Positions 1 through 9,199 of a stretch of DNA of 64,000 nt are shown in pieces (the stretch's first letter is position 1; the number at the start of each line of letters is the position of its first letter). Under the pieces are notes generated by a model. The model ran no database searches. It was not told the DNA's origin and worked only from the letters and a program-made list of their open reading frames with translations. A program made the translations under genes and the position numbers. The stretch is from assembly GCA_040772485.1 (NCBI GenBank), contig JAXGYC010000009.1:32001-96000 (forward strand). Direction: 5' to 3'. The DNA comes from Sedimentisphaerales bacterium (GTDB taxonomy: Bacteria; Planctomycetota; Phycisphaerae; Sedimentisphaerales; Anaerobacaceae).

Positions 1-28
1 CTGTCAATACGCGTCGGTGTCAGCCCGC

Positions 29-1747
29 TCAGCGGTAGCAGTAGAGGCGCACGCGCTGGATGCCGAAGTCGCCGGCCCCGATGCGCAGGTGTCTGCCCTG
101 GTGGCTCTGATCGCCGTTCATCCAGCGGCCGCCGACCCAACGGCCGGCCACGAAGCGGCCTTCCTGGATGTTCCCGATCCCGGCGATGGGATCCGTGGGC
201 GCATTCGGAGCAAAGGTGACGATGATGCCGCTGCCCGCGATGGTGTACTCGTCCGGTCCGGTCGAGATGAGGATGCCCCCGGCCTGAGGCCACCGCTCGG
301 CGCCCTGGCCGCCTGACCAGCCCCAGGTGTAGTCGTGTGAGACCTTCAGCGTGTAGTCGCCGAGATCGATTTCTCGTGTCGGGTTGTCCTTGTCGAGCAG
401 CACACCGGCCATACTGCCCCCGCCTTGCTTTGCGAGGATCAGGGGCGTCAGTTGGGCGAGCAGGTCGTAGCTCCTGGCCAGCGGCTCGTTCGCGGGATCC
501 TCGGTCGACTCGATCGAGAACGGGCAGAAGCCCATCGCATCGTGCTGTCCCATTGCATAGAAGACGTTGACCGCGCCTTCCGAGCCGCGACCGGCCTCGG
601 GAATGAACAGCGGATTGCCCGAGCGATGGTACTTGTCGCACCATTCGGCGAAATTCGGGAAGTAGATGTCCGGGCTGAGGAAGTCGATGGAGGGCGCCCC
701 GGCGCGCCAGACGTCCATGAGGTGCGGCAGGGGACCGCCGCTGGGGTATTGGCCCGGCTTGTAGTTCGGCCGGATCAACGCCGCGTTGGCGAACATGGGC
801 AGCGCGTATTCGGCCTTGCCCGCTTTGGCGATGTGCTCGACGTAGCGGGCGAAGTGCCAGGCCATGAAGATCTCCTCTGTCTCGAGACCCGGGCCGAAGA
901 CCTCCTGCCATCCACCGGACGTCCTTGCTCCGGCGGCTTCCCACCGCTCCTTGAATTCCGGAATCAGCCTGTCCCGTCGCTGTTGCAGGTAGTCCATCAG
1001 CTCGCGCGGCGCCGGCTGGGCGAACTGCTGATCGGCGGCATCACTATGGTCTCGCGCATCGGGAATCATCCCAATCTCGTTCTCCACCTGCACCATGATC
1101 ACCGTGTGCCTTTGTCCGTCGACTTCGCGAAGGTGACGCATCAGGGCGGTGAAAGCTCGCGCATCGGCGTTGCGGCCCTCCTCGCTGAACGGTGAGAGGA
1201 TCTCCAGACCCTTGCCCTGCTTGTTCTGCGCGCGGGGGAAGCGCCGCTGGTCCATCTTGACCCAGAGCGGCGCGTAGCACGACATGCTGTTCTTCCAGCT
1301 CCCGAACCACAGCAGAACGAGCCGCAAATTGTGCGCGCGGGCGCCTTCGATCAGGCCATCCGCGAGCGTGAAGTCGAACGTACCCTCCTCCGCCTCGATC
1401 CGGTCCCAGTAGACCGGCGCCAGAACCGTGTTGAGGTTCATCTTGACCAGCTTGGGCCAGATCGGCTCCATGTACGCTAGGTCGGACGCGCTGGAATTGC
1501 CCAGCTCGCCTCCCAGGATCAGGAACGGCTTGCCGTCGACGACGAGTTGTGTCGCCGCTCCGCGCCGTTGCACGTGCGGGATGTCTGCACCCTCGGAGAC
1601 GACCGCGAATGCCCCCATCACGAGGCAGGCGATCCACTGGATGGTCCGATGTGATCTGGCGATCTGGAATAATGGAATGGTGGAAGGATGGAATGCCGTA
1701 AGAGCGTTCGCAGTGCGACCCATTCTTCCAGTATTCCAGGATTCCAT
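29..1747 (-). CDS. GH35-like beta-galactosidase with C-terminal DUF5597-like domain, secreted
   Basis: VIMVQVENEIG acid/base and PLFIPEAG nucleophile motifs; GGELGNSS; signal-like segment IACLVMGAFAVVSEGA; start uncertain because it lies within an octamer repeat. Confidence 0.85.
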   Translation of the reverse strand: MESWNTGRMGRTANALTAFHPSTIPLFQIARSHRTIQWIACLVMGAFAVVSEGADIPHVQRRGAATQLVVDGKPFLILGGELGNSSASDLAYMEPIWPKLVKMNLNTVLAPVYWDRIEAEEGTFDFTLADGLIEGARAHNLRLVLLWFGSWKNSMSCYAPLWVKMDQRRFPRAQNKQGKGLEILSPFSEEGRNADARAFTALMRHLREVDGQRHTVIMVQVENEIGMIPDARDHSDAADQQFAQPAPRELMDYLQQRRDRLIPEFKERWEAAGARTSGGWQEVFGPGLETEEIFMAWHFARYVEHIAKAGKAEYALPMFANAALIRPNYKPGQYPSGGPLPHLMDVWRAGAPSIDFLSPDIYFPNFAEWCDKYHRSGNPLFIPEAGRGSEGAVNVFYAMGQHDAMGFCPFSIESTEDPANEPLARSYDLLAQLTPLILAKQGGGSMAGVLLDKDNPTREIDLGDYTLKVSHDYTWGWSGGQGAERWPQAGGILISTGPDEYTIAGSGIIVTFAPNAPTDPIAGIGNIQEGRFVAGRWVGGRWMNGDQSHQGRHLRIGAGDFGIQRVRLYCYR

Positions 1748-1755
1748 CGTTCCAA
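1665..1755. repeat. Inverted array of degenerate octamers (TGGAATNN ... TCCANNNT)
   Basis: tggaataa tggaatgg tggaagga tggaatg ... tccagtat tccaggat tccatcgt tccaa. Confidence 0.8.
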
Positions 1756-1889
1756 TCCCCTTGTCTTACACCACGTCGAAGCCGCTCTTGACGCCCATAG
1801 GATGCCCGATGAGCCCGGATTCTGCAACGCTGGGGGCGAATAATTGTTTGTCCCAGCGTTCGGGTGCCTCGGAGAAGATCAAAACGCGT

Positions 1890-2013
1890 GTGGCAGCCTC
1901 AAGGCGTAGCGCAGCGAAGCCTTGGGGATGGCGGACTCGGCTGGTGGCTGGGCGTCACGAGACTTCCCTCGCGTTCCACCATCCCCAAACGCTGGCGCGT
2001 TTGAGGCTGCCAC
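1890..2013. repeat. GTGGCAGC...GCTGCCAC palindromic REP/MITE-like element, copy 1
   Basis: Terminal IR gtggcagcctcaa/ttgaggctgccac and inner ttggggatgg/ccatccccaa; homologous to 41735-41845. Confidence 0.85.
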
Positions 2014-2020
2014 CCGCCGG

Positions 2021-2085
2021 TTTCGGATTTGAGGGTTTGGGCTTTCGTGCTTGTTTCGGATTTCGGCATTCGGATTTCGGATTTG
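2021..2085. repeat. Heptamer array (TTCGGAT-type), single arm
   Basis: tttcgga tttcggc attcgga tttcgga; reverse complement shares ccgaaacaagcacgaa with the arm at 58762. Confidence 0.8.
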
Positions 2086-2191
2086 GCGCCATGGCCATCG
2101 GGATTCCGCTCCGCCGAAGGCGGATTGACCTATGGTTCTTGCTGTTTTCCATTCCCTTCGTGGCGCGGTCCGGTTACCCTGTGTGATCGGT

Positions 2192-2701
2192 ATGGACAAC
2201 CAGAACCGCAATATCGTGTTGATCGGCATGCCGGGCGTGGGCAAGAGCACCATCGGCGTGCTGCTGGCCAAGGCGCTCGGTTGTCACTTCCTCGACACCG
2301 ACGTCTTCATGCAGGCGATGCAGGGTCGCTCGTTGCAGGAGATGATCGACCGCGACGGCCTGGCCGCGTTCTGTCAGGCCGAGGAGGACTATGTCCTCTA
2401 CCTCGACGTGAAGAACACGGTGATCGCCACCGGCGGCAGCGTCGTCTACAGCGAGCACGCGATGCGGCACTTGGCCGAGCACGGCGTCATCGTACACCTT
2501 GACCTGCCCGTCGAACCGATCGAGGAGCGAATCCGCAACCTCCAGACCCGTGGCGTGGTCATGGAGAAAGGCCAGACGATCCGCTCGCTCTACGCCGAAC
2601 GGCAACCCCTCTACCGCCGATTTGCCCAGATCACCATCGACTGCACCGGCAAAAACCACGACCAGCTCGTCACCGAAATCCTCGACACCCTCCGTCCGTA
2701 G
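2192..2701 (+). CDS. aroK: Shikimate kinase
   Basis: NIVLIGMPGVGKSTIG P-loop, FLDTD, VIATGGS, ERQPLY. Confidence 0.85.
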   Translation: MDNQNRNIVLIGMPGVGKSTIGVLLAKALGCHFLDTDVFMQAMQGRSLQEMIDRDGLAAFCQAEEDYVLYLDVKNTVIATGGSVVYSEHAMRHLAEHGVIVHLDLPVEPIEERIRNLQTRGVVMEKGQTIRSLYAERQPLYRRFAQITIDCTGKNHDQLVTEILDTLRP

Positions 2702-2802
2702 AATTCTTCTCGATCTCTGCCCAAGCCACCACTTTTCGCGCCTATTTTGCGCCTGGAGACCAGACAATAGAGTAGGAACAAGGTGGTGCGGGCCCGTTAG
2801 GA

Positions 2803-3342
2803 GTGCAGAAGATCGATTCGCAGGCGAAACTGGTTCAAGCCGCCCAAGGCGGAGACCTCGACAGCTTCGGCACGCTGTGCGAGGGCTACTACGCACCGCT
2901 TGTCGCGGTGGCATTCAGTGTCCTTGGCGACCATCAGCTTGCCGAGGACGCCACCCAGGAGGCCTTCGCCCGGGCGTTGACCAATCTCAGGAAACTGAAG
3001 GACTCCGAAAAGTTCGCGCCCTGGCTGGCGCAGATCTGCCGCAACGTGGCTGCGGATATGGCCCGCGCCCGTCGCCGCAGTGCGAGCGTGGAAGAAAGAG
3101 CCGAGCGAACGAATGACCGCCAGGACGAAGAGCCTGTTCGACAGATTCGCATCGCGATCGATCGCTTGCCCGCGTCGATGAAAGAGGTGCTGGTTCTGCG
3201 GTACTACAACCACTGTTCCTATGAACAGATGTCCGCCGTGTTGGGCTTGTCGAGAACGACCATCAACGGCCGCCTGACGCGAGCCAAACGGAAGCTGAGG
3301 AAGCACCTGCGACATCGAGGTGTGCAGGAGGATGCGTCATGA
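2803..3342 (+). CDS. ECF RNA polymerase sigma factor (pair 1)
   Basis: AEDATQEAF, FAPWLAQICRN, region 4 SYEQMSAVLG. Confidence 0.9.
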   Translation: MQKIDSQAKLVQAAQGGDLDSFGTLCEGYYAPLVAVAFSVLGDHQLAEDATQEAFARALTNLRKLKDSEKFAPWLAQICRNVAADMARARRRSASVEERAERTNDRQDEEPVRQIRIAIDRLPASMKEVLVLRYYNHCSYEQMSAVLGLSRTTINGRLTRAKRKLRKHLRHRGVQEDAS

Positions 3343-4889
3343 CACTCCAACCGAACGACAGGCGACTCGATGAGTTGATCCGCAGAGCGATCGGCAGGGA
3401 CAGTGTACCCTTCGATTTCCGACGGTGGCGGAAACGGCACCAGGCACAAGTGGAACGATTCAAGGCCCAAAAGGCCTCCGAAAAGGCTTCGTACCCCGCC
3501 GAGGCACGCATTCTGCAATCGGTTCTCAGACATCGGACTGCGAGACTCGCTATCGCGGCGCTGTTTCTTCTCGTGGCGGTCATCGCCGTGACTCATCTGG
3601 CGACTTCGTTCGATGCCGTCGCCCCTGTCTACGCAGTCACGGATGTGCCGGAGGTGCTCGCCAGGGCCGTCACCCTTCACGCCTCAGGCTGGTGCTATTT
3701 CCCCGGTCACACGATGCCGGATGGCAGTCCCATTCCTCCGGTGCCCATCGAGCTCTGGGCCGACCTTGTCAACGGACGCGACCGACAAAGCACCGCCAGT
3801 CTCACGAGTGGCAAGGAGTTTGTCGATATCCGTGTGGGCGAGGTGATCCGGGATTCGCAGTACTTGCTTCGCCTCGACCATACGGAGAAGACCGCCTCCT
3901 TCTATCGCTCAGCAAGACCGGACCAGGCAGAGCAACGGTCTGCGATTGCCGACCGCTGGGTGCGCCTGTTGTTGGGCGACTTTGCGGACTTCGCCAGTTC
4001 CGTCAAGATCGGCGAGGAGGAAGTGGATGGCCAGCGGTGTGAAGTCTGGGAGTGGGAGCGCATGCATCAGGTCTCAGGGTCGGGGCAGCGCACGCGGTTC
4101 TGGTTCTCTCCCGCAACCGGACAGATGAGGCGAGTCCAGTCCTGGATGAAATGGAACCACACGGACTGGAGACTTACCGAAGAGTATGCGCGAATCGAAC
4201 TCGATCTACCCATTCCCGAGGCGGTCTTCGCCATGGCGGTCCCCGCCGGGTACGAGGCCATGAGCACGAAGGAGACACCGGCATCTTCTGCCTCTCATGC
4301 TCCGAGCGCAGGGGGCTATGCGGATGACAAGTGCAATCTTTCGCACGGTGTCGCTCCGAGCTTCACCTTGCGTGATGGAAGTGTCATCTGGGGTTGGTGG
4401 AGCATCGATGAGATGTCGCAGGTGCCTCGGGAAGCTTGCTTCGCCGATCTGGAGTTCGGGGGACCTTTACCCAAGCTGCCCATTGAGTTCCATGCTCTTG
4501 TCCCTGGAGGCAGGTCCAGCCAGGTCATATACAGGGGCTACCACCTCGCTTACACCTGCAAATCCTACGTCGACAAAGGCCAGATACTGACCGAGTGGGC
4601 TCTCTATGTCCCGGATGGAACGCCTCCTGAGAGCGTCGAGGAGTTCGACTACGATGCGCGGTATGTGTTTAATCTCGACCATACGCCGCGACTGCAGATC
4701 GGCCTCCCGGTGCCTTACGGCAGACCTATAGAAACGGCCGAGGACTTCGATCGGTGGGTCCTGGCTGCCATCGCCGAGACCAGCGACGGTGATGGATTCC
4801 CCGAGCAATTGACATTTGACCGTGTCATTCAACTTGCCGAGCACGTCCGACAATCCCAGACCGCGCAGGATGTGCAAGGGCAACCCTGA
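3339..4889 (+). CDS. Putative membrane anti-sigma/sensor with LolA-like periplasmic region (pair 1)
   Basis: ATGA overlap with the ECF gene; one TM helix (LAIAALFLLVAVIAV); GEEEVDGQRCEVW and IELDLPIPEAVFAMAVPAGY LolA-like motifs. Confidence 0.65.
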   Translation: MTLQPNDRRLDELIRRAIGRDSVPFDFRRWRKRHQAQVERFKAQKASEKASYPAEARILQSVLRHRTARLAIAALFLLVAVIAVTHLATSFDAVAPVYAVTDVPEVLARAVTLHASGWCYFPGHTMPDGSPIPPVPIELWADLVNGRDRQSTASLTSGKEFVDIRVGEVIRDSQYLLRLDHTEKTASFYRSARPDQAEQRSAIADRWVRLLLGDFADFASSVKIGEEEVDGQRCEVWEWERMHQVSGSGQRTRFWFSPATGQMRRVQSWMKWNHTDWRLTEEYARIELDLPIPEAVFAMAVPAGYEAMSTKETPASSASHAPSAGGYADDKCNLSHGVAPSFTLRDGSVIWGWWSIDEMSQVPREACFADLEFGGPLPKLPIEFHALVPGGRSSQVIYRGYHLAYTCKSYVDKGQILTEWALYVPDGTPPESVEEFDYDARYVFNLDHTPRLQIGLPVPYGRPIETAEDFDRWVLAAIAETSDGDGFPEQLTFDRVIQLAEHVRQSQTAQDVQGQP

Positions 4890-5075
4890 GTGGTGCTCTG
4901 GGCTCCCGTGACCTTTGTCGCCATCCGTCTACCCGCCGTTACAGACCTTCCGATGACGGGTTTGATGGCCTTGCTCTGCGCGATCCATCCAAAAAAACGT
5001 CCGGCCAAAGCAAAGGCGGCCTTCCGGTTGTTATATTGGTGAGACGGGAATGGTCTCGACGAAAGGGTCCTTTCG

Positions 5076-5624
5076 GTGAAGTGGGAAGAGAGGTTGCTGG
5101 TCCGGCGGCTGAATCGGGGCGACGCGACGGCTCTGTCGGAGGTGTACGAACGGTGCCGGGACGATCTGCTGCGGCTGGCCGGGGCGATGCTGCATGACGG
5201 TCCGGCGGCCGAGGATATCGTGCAGGACGTCTTCGTCGCCTTCGCGGGCTCAGCCCGGACCTTTCGCCTGACCGGCAGTCTCAAGGGCTATCTGGCGACG
5301 TGCGTGGCCAACGCCGCCCGAAACCGCCTCAAGGCGGCGGTGCGGCGCAGAACCATGGACCTCGACGAGGCGGCGAATCTGACGTCGCCGGGCGAGCGGC
5401 CCGACCGCTGGATGGCGCTCACGGAGCAGTTCGAGCGAGTCAGCAACGCGATGGCGGACCTGCCCGCCGAGCAGCGAGAGGTCATCGCCCTGCACGTGTA
5501 CGGCGACATGGCCTTTCGCGAGATCGCCCAATGGCAGCAGACGTCGATCAAGACGGTGCAGAGCCGGTATCGCTACGGCCTGGACAAGCTCCGGTCGGCT
5601 TTGAATGACGAGGTGGCACGATGA
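5076..5624 (+). CDS. ECF RNA polymerase sigma factor (pair 2)
   Basis: AEDIVQDVF, GYLATCVAN, LPAEQREVIALH, TVQSRYRYG. Confidence 0.9.
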   Translation: MKWEERLLVRRLNRGDATALSEVYERCRDDLLRLAGAMLHDGPAAEDIVQDVFVAFAGSARTFRLTGSLKGYLATCVANAARNRLKAAVRRRTMDLDEAANLTSPGERPDRWMALTEQFERVSNAMADLPAEQREVIALHVYGDMAFREIAQWQQTSIKTVQSRYRYGLDKLRSALNDEVAR

Positions 5625-6424
5625 GACCCAACGAGGATATCGAAAAAGTGCTGAAAGAGGCGTCGATCGGCATCGACAACGCGACGGATCAGCGCGTTCG
5701 AGGCCGGATCCACGAGGCGTATCAGCATTCCACGCAGGCCGGAGGCTGGAGGCCGAAGACAGTGGCGCTTCACGCTTCACGCTTCACGCTTCCGGCGGCG
5801 GCGGTCATCCTCCTGGCGTTGGGCGTGCTCGTGGGACAGTTCGGCTCGATGCTCTCCGGCGGCAGCGTCGCCTGGGCCGAGGTCGCCCAGCGCTTTGAGT
5901 CCGTGTCCTTCTGCACCGTGACGATCTATGAGAAGAAGAGCGCGGCCGCCGAACCGACGCAGATGGAACTCTGGATCAGTCGGGATGGACGCGCGCGGGT
6001 CCGCCGGGGCAATCAGATCGTTTTCGGGCAGCGGGGGCAGGTCATTCAGGCGTTCGACGTCGAATCGCGTCAACCGGTCGAGCCGGACGATGGGGCCGTC
6101 TTCTTTCTCCAGAAACTCGGCGAGGCGGAGGTGTTCTCGCTGGAGACGGTGATCCGGGTCATGTTCGGACGCCAGATGCACGATGTCACGCCCCTGGTCA
6201 ATCCGGATGCCGTCATCTCCCAGGACGTGGTGGTCTTCGATCTCGATCTGCCCGATACGTCACAATGGGTCCGGATCTGGGCGCTGCGGGAGAGCCGGCT
6301 GCCCATACGCATCCGCGTCTGGGACCCGAGCGACGGCCAGGTGGCGGATGCTATTCTGGAGTACTCTACAGAGCAAACCGAGGAATTCTTCGACCCGAAT
6401 GTTTTCAGGGGCCTGGATCAATAG
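5621..6424 (+). CDS. Putative membrane anti-sigma factor (pair 2)
   Basis: ATGA overlap; TM helix AAAVILLALGV followed by VAWAEV; SRLPIRI and FFDP LolA-like end. Confidence 0.65.
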   Translation: MRPNEDIEKVLKEASIGIDNATDQRVRGRIHEAYQHSTQAGGWRPKTVALHASRFTLPAAAVILLALGVLVGQFGSMLSGGSVAWAEVAQRFESVSFCTVTIYEKKSAAAEPTQMELWISRDGRARVRRGNQIVFGQRGQVIQAFDVESRQPVEPDDGAVFFLQKLGEAEVFSLETVIRVMFGRQMHDVTPLVNPDAVISQDVVVFDLDLPDTSQWVRIWALRESRLPIRIRVWDPSDGQVADAILEYSTEQTEEFFDPNVFRGLDQ

Positions 6425-6440
6425 GCGCGAGGGGTCAGGG

Positions 6441-6548
6441 GTTTGTAGTGTGCCCGTAAGGGCATACCTTGGATGGAATCGGTAACGCCTTATCCTGATG
6501 GTCATCGGGCTCACTACAAACCTATGCCCTTACGGGCACACTACGAGC
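6441..6548. repeat. GTTTGTAGTG...CACTACAAAC REPIN-like element
   Basis: gtttgtagtgtgcccgtaagggcata ... cactacaaacc ... tatgcccttacgggcacactacgagc; further copies at 51608, 57634, 61687, 61848. Confidence 0.85.
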
Positions 6549-6584
6549 GGCAATCAGGGGTGGCAGACAGAGAGGGAATCGATC

Positions 6585-7580
6585 ATGCGGCTTGGCAAGG
6601 CGACAGAGAAAATGACGCGGCGTGTGGTTTTTGGTGTGCTGGCGGCGGTGGTGTTTTGCGGAGGATCGACGGTTATGCACGGACAGGAGCGGACGTACGC
6701 GGAGCGGCTGGGATGGCCGGCGGGGACGAAAGCGGTGATTCTCCATGTGGATGACGCGGGCATGTCGCACGATTCCAACATGGGGGCTCAGAAGGCGATC
6801 GAGAGCGGCGTCGCCACGTCGCTGAGTGTCATGATGCCCTGTCCGTGGGTCCCGCAATGCGCCGCCTGGCTGAAGGACCATCCGCAGGTTGACGCGGGCG
6901 TGCATCTGACGCTGACCAGCGAGTGGAAGAACTACCGATGGGGGCCGGTCGCGGGCCGGTCGGCGGTGCCGGGTCTGGTGGATGGGCATGGCTACCTCTG
7001 GTCCGACGTCGCCGACGTCGTCGCCCACGCCGGCGCCGAGGAATTCGAGGCCGAAATTCGCGCCCAGCTTGACAAGGCCATGGCCATGGGTATTCAGCCG
7101 ACGCATCTCGACAGCCACATGGGGACGTGCTTCCAGCCGCAGTTCATCCAGCGCTATGTGGAACTCGGTCTGGCCAAGGGCATTCCGGTCCTGATGTTCG
7201 GCGGGCACATGCAGCACATCAGCGCCGAGGCTGGCCAGTTCAAGCCTCTGCTGCGGTCACTGGCCGAGGAACTATGGCGTGCCGGCCTGCCGGTGATCGA
7301 CGATCTGGTGACGCAGCCGACGAAGGGCCCGGAATACGACCAACGAAAGAGCGAATTGACCGCTCTGTTGCGCGACATGAAGCCGGGGATCACGCAGATC
7401 ATCGTGCACTGCACCGATCCGACGGAAGTCTTTTCCTATATCTCCGGCTCGGGCGCGGCCCGTCAGGCCGAGTTACGTCTGATGACCGATCCCGAAGTCA
7501 AGGCGTTCATCGAATCCGAGGGCATCGTCCTGACGAACTGGCGCGAGCTGAAAGAGCGCCGGCAGCGCATAGAACAGTAG
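6585..7580 (+). CDS. YdjC/ChbG-family carbohydrate deacetylase, secreted
   Basis: [22 protein letters not shown] motifs; signal peptide. Confidence 0.85.
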   Translation: MRLGKATEKMTRRVVFGVLAAVVFCGGSTVMHGQERTYAERLGWPAGTKAVILHVDDAGMSHDSNMGAQKAIESGVATSLSVMMPCPWVPQCAAWLKDHPQVDAGVHLTLTSEWKNYRWGPVAGRSAVPGLVDGHGYLWSDVADVVAHAGAEEFEAEIRAQLDKAMAMGIQPTHLDSHMGTCFQPQFIQRYVELGLAKGIPVLMFGGHMQHISAEAGQFKPLLRSLAEELWRAGLPVIDDLVTQPTKGPEYDQRKSELTALLRDMKPGITQIIVHCTDPTEVFSYISGSGAARQAELRLMTDPEVKAFIESEGIVLTNWRELKERRQRIEQ

Positions 7581-7624
7581 AATCATCACCGAATAACAAA
7601 CACTCATGCAAGAGAGGGCACGGA

Positions 7625-8407
7625 ATGTCTATCCACAGATATGCGCAGCCAGGCAGGCTGGGATTCACGCTCATCGAGCTATTGGTGGTCATTTCGATCA
7701 TTGCACTGTTGATGGCGATCATGATGCCGGTGCTGGGCCGGGCGAAGGAGCACGCGCGCCGGGTGGCCTGCCAGAACAACCTGCACCAGGGGCTGCTGGC
7801 CGGCCAGATGTACGCCGGCGACTTCGATGGGTTTCTGCCGGAAGGCAACGTCATCGACAAATCGGCGCCGGGCTACAACGAGGAATGGGACAGCGCCGAC
7901 CTGCTGACGCTGATCAACTACAGGACGATGATGGCCTTCGGCCGCTACGGCCTGACCGAGCAGCACGCCACCTGTGAGACGGCGCGGAGGTACTTCGAGG
8001 GCCAGGAAGGCTGGCTCAGTCCGTTGCCCTCGCCGCACTCGCTGGTCCAGGCGACGCAGGTCGGCTGGATCTACTGGGGCAATCGCGGCGACTGGACCGA
8101 CAAGGACACCGGCCGCAAGTACATCACCGCCAAGAAGGCCATGGATAAGGCCACGTCCAACACGCTGGTGACCTGCTTCTGCTACAACCGCTACGACGCG
8201 GTTGGCGGATCGGCCAGTTGGCCCGCCTGGTATGGCTCTCACATCCGTGGCACGTTCCAGCACGCGGTCGGCCAACCGATGCACCCGGCCCCCGACGGAT
8301 TGGCCGTGGGCTACCTCGACGGCTCCGTCCGCTTCGTCAAGTGGGGCGACCTGACCCCCAGCAACCACGAAGGCGAATACCTCGTCTACTACGACGCCGG
8401 CACGTAG
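7625..8407 (+). CDS. Prepilin-type N-terminal methylation domain protein (planctomycete DUF1559-like)
   Basis: [31 protein letters not shown]. Confidence 0.85.
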   Translation: MSIHRYAQPGRLGFTLIELLVVISIIALLMAIMMPVLGRAKEHARRVACQNNLHQGLLAGQMYAGDFDGFLPEGNVIDKSAPGYNEEWDSADLLTLINYRTMMAFGRYGLTEQHATCETARRYFEGQEGWLSPLPSPHSLVQATQVGWIYWGNRGDWTDKDTGRKYITAKKAMDKATSNTLVTCFCYNRYDAVGGSASWPAWYGSHIRGTFQHAVGQPMHPAPDGLAVGYLDGSVRFVKWGDLTPSNHEGEYLVYYDAGT

Positions 8408-8467
8408 AGGTCCCGCCCGATTCCGACCGCTCCGGACCGGCCGCCATACTGCGCACCATGTGCCAGA

Positions 8468-8495
8468 GTACGGGCGAATGATTATTCGCCCCTAC
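8468..8495. repeat. GTAG-type REP palindrome (GGGCGAATNATNATTCGCCC family)
   Basis: gtacgggcgaatgattattcgcccctac. Confidence 0.85.
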
Positions 8496-8606
8496 GCATT
8501 TTCTGCATTTTGCTGCTTGATCTTTGCCTTGATCCTTCAGGACACCTCATCGGTTTTGCCGTTGCGCAGGCCGGAGGGCGTGCGTCTATAATGGCGACGT
8601 TCGAGA

Positions 8607-8634
8607 GTACGGGCGAATCATCATTCGCCCGTAC
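8607..8634. repeat. GGGCGAATNATNATTCGCCC REP palindrome in the ECF 5' region
   Basis: gtacgggcgaatcatcattcgcccgtac. Confidence 0.85.
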
Positions 8635-8653
8635 CTGGTCGAAGGAGCCCGGG

Positions 8654-9199
8654 TTGGACGACGGTCGCACAGCGCTGTTGGAGCTTCTGGATCGATCGGG
8701 AGAGAGTCTGTTCGCGCTTCTGAACCGGCTGACCCTGCGCGAAGACGTCGCAGAGGATTTGATGCAGGAACTGTTTCTGAAGCTGCGTAACGCCTCGAGC
8801 CAGGCTTCAATCGACTGCTGGCAGGCGTACGCCCGGCGCGTGGCGATCAACCTGGCGTTCGACTGGCGTCGACGGAGTCGCCGGCGCCGAGCAGTGCGGC
8901 TGGACGGGGTCGCAGAGCCAGTCTCGGGAGCCGGTGGGCCGCTGAATCAGGCGGCGCAGGCAGAGGAATTCGAGCGGATTCTCGCGGCTGTCGGCCGGCT
9001 GAAGGGCATTTCGCGCGAGGTCTTTGTGATGCATCACGTCCAGCAGGACTCCTACGAGGACATCGCCAGACAGCTCGGCAAGACGCCTCATCAGGTCCGC
9101 GCGTTGAGCTTTCGAGCGATGAAAGACGTTCGTGAGAGACTCGGATGCGACCGTGGGCCCGGCGAGGCCAAGGGGGTGCAGCGTGTCGAGTATGAATGA
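8654..9199 (+). CDS. ECF RNA polymerase sigma factor (pair 3)
   Basis: AEDLMQELF, YARRVAINLAFD, SYEDIARQLG; TTG start chosen from AAGGAG at 8642-8647. Confidence 0.85.
   Translation: MDDGRTALLELLDRSGESLFALLNRLTLREDVAEDLMQELFLKLRNASSQASIDCWQAYARRVAINLAFDWRRRSRRRRAVRLDGVAEPVSGAGGPLNQAAQAEEFERILAAVGRLKGISREVFVMHHVQQDSYEDIARQLGKTPHQVRALSFRAMKDVRERLGCDRGPGEAKGVQRVEYE

Noticed and set aside
8510..8653. Longer N-terminus of ECF pair 3 including the REP
   Set aside because: AAGGAG before TTG 8654 and a TATAAT at 8587 suggest the REP lies in the 5' UTR
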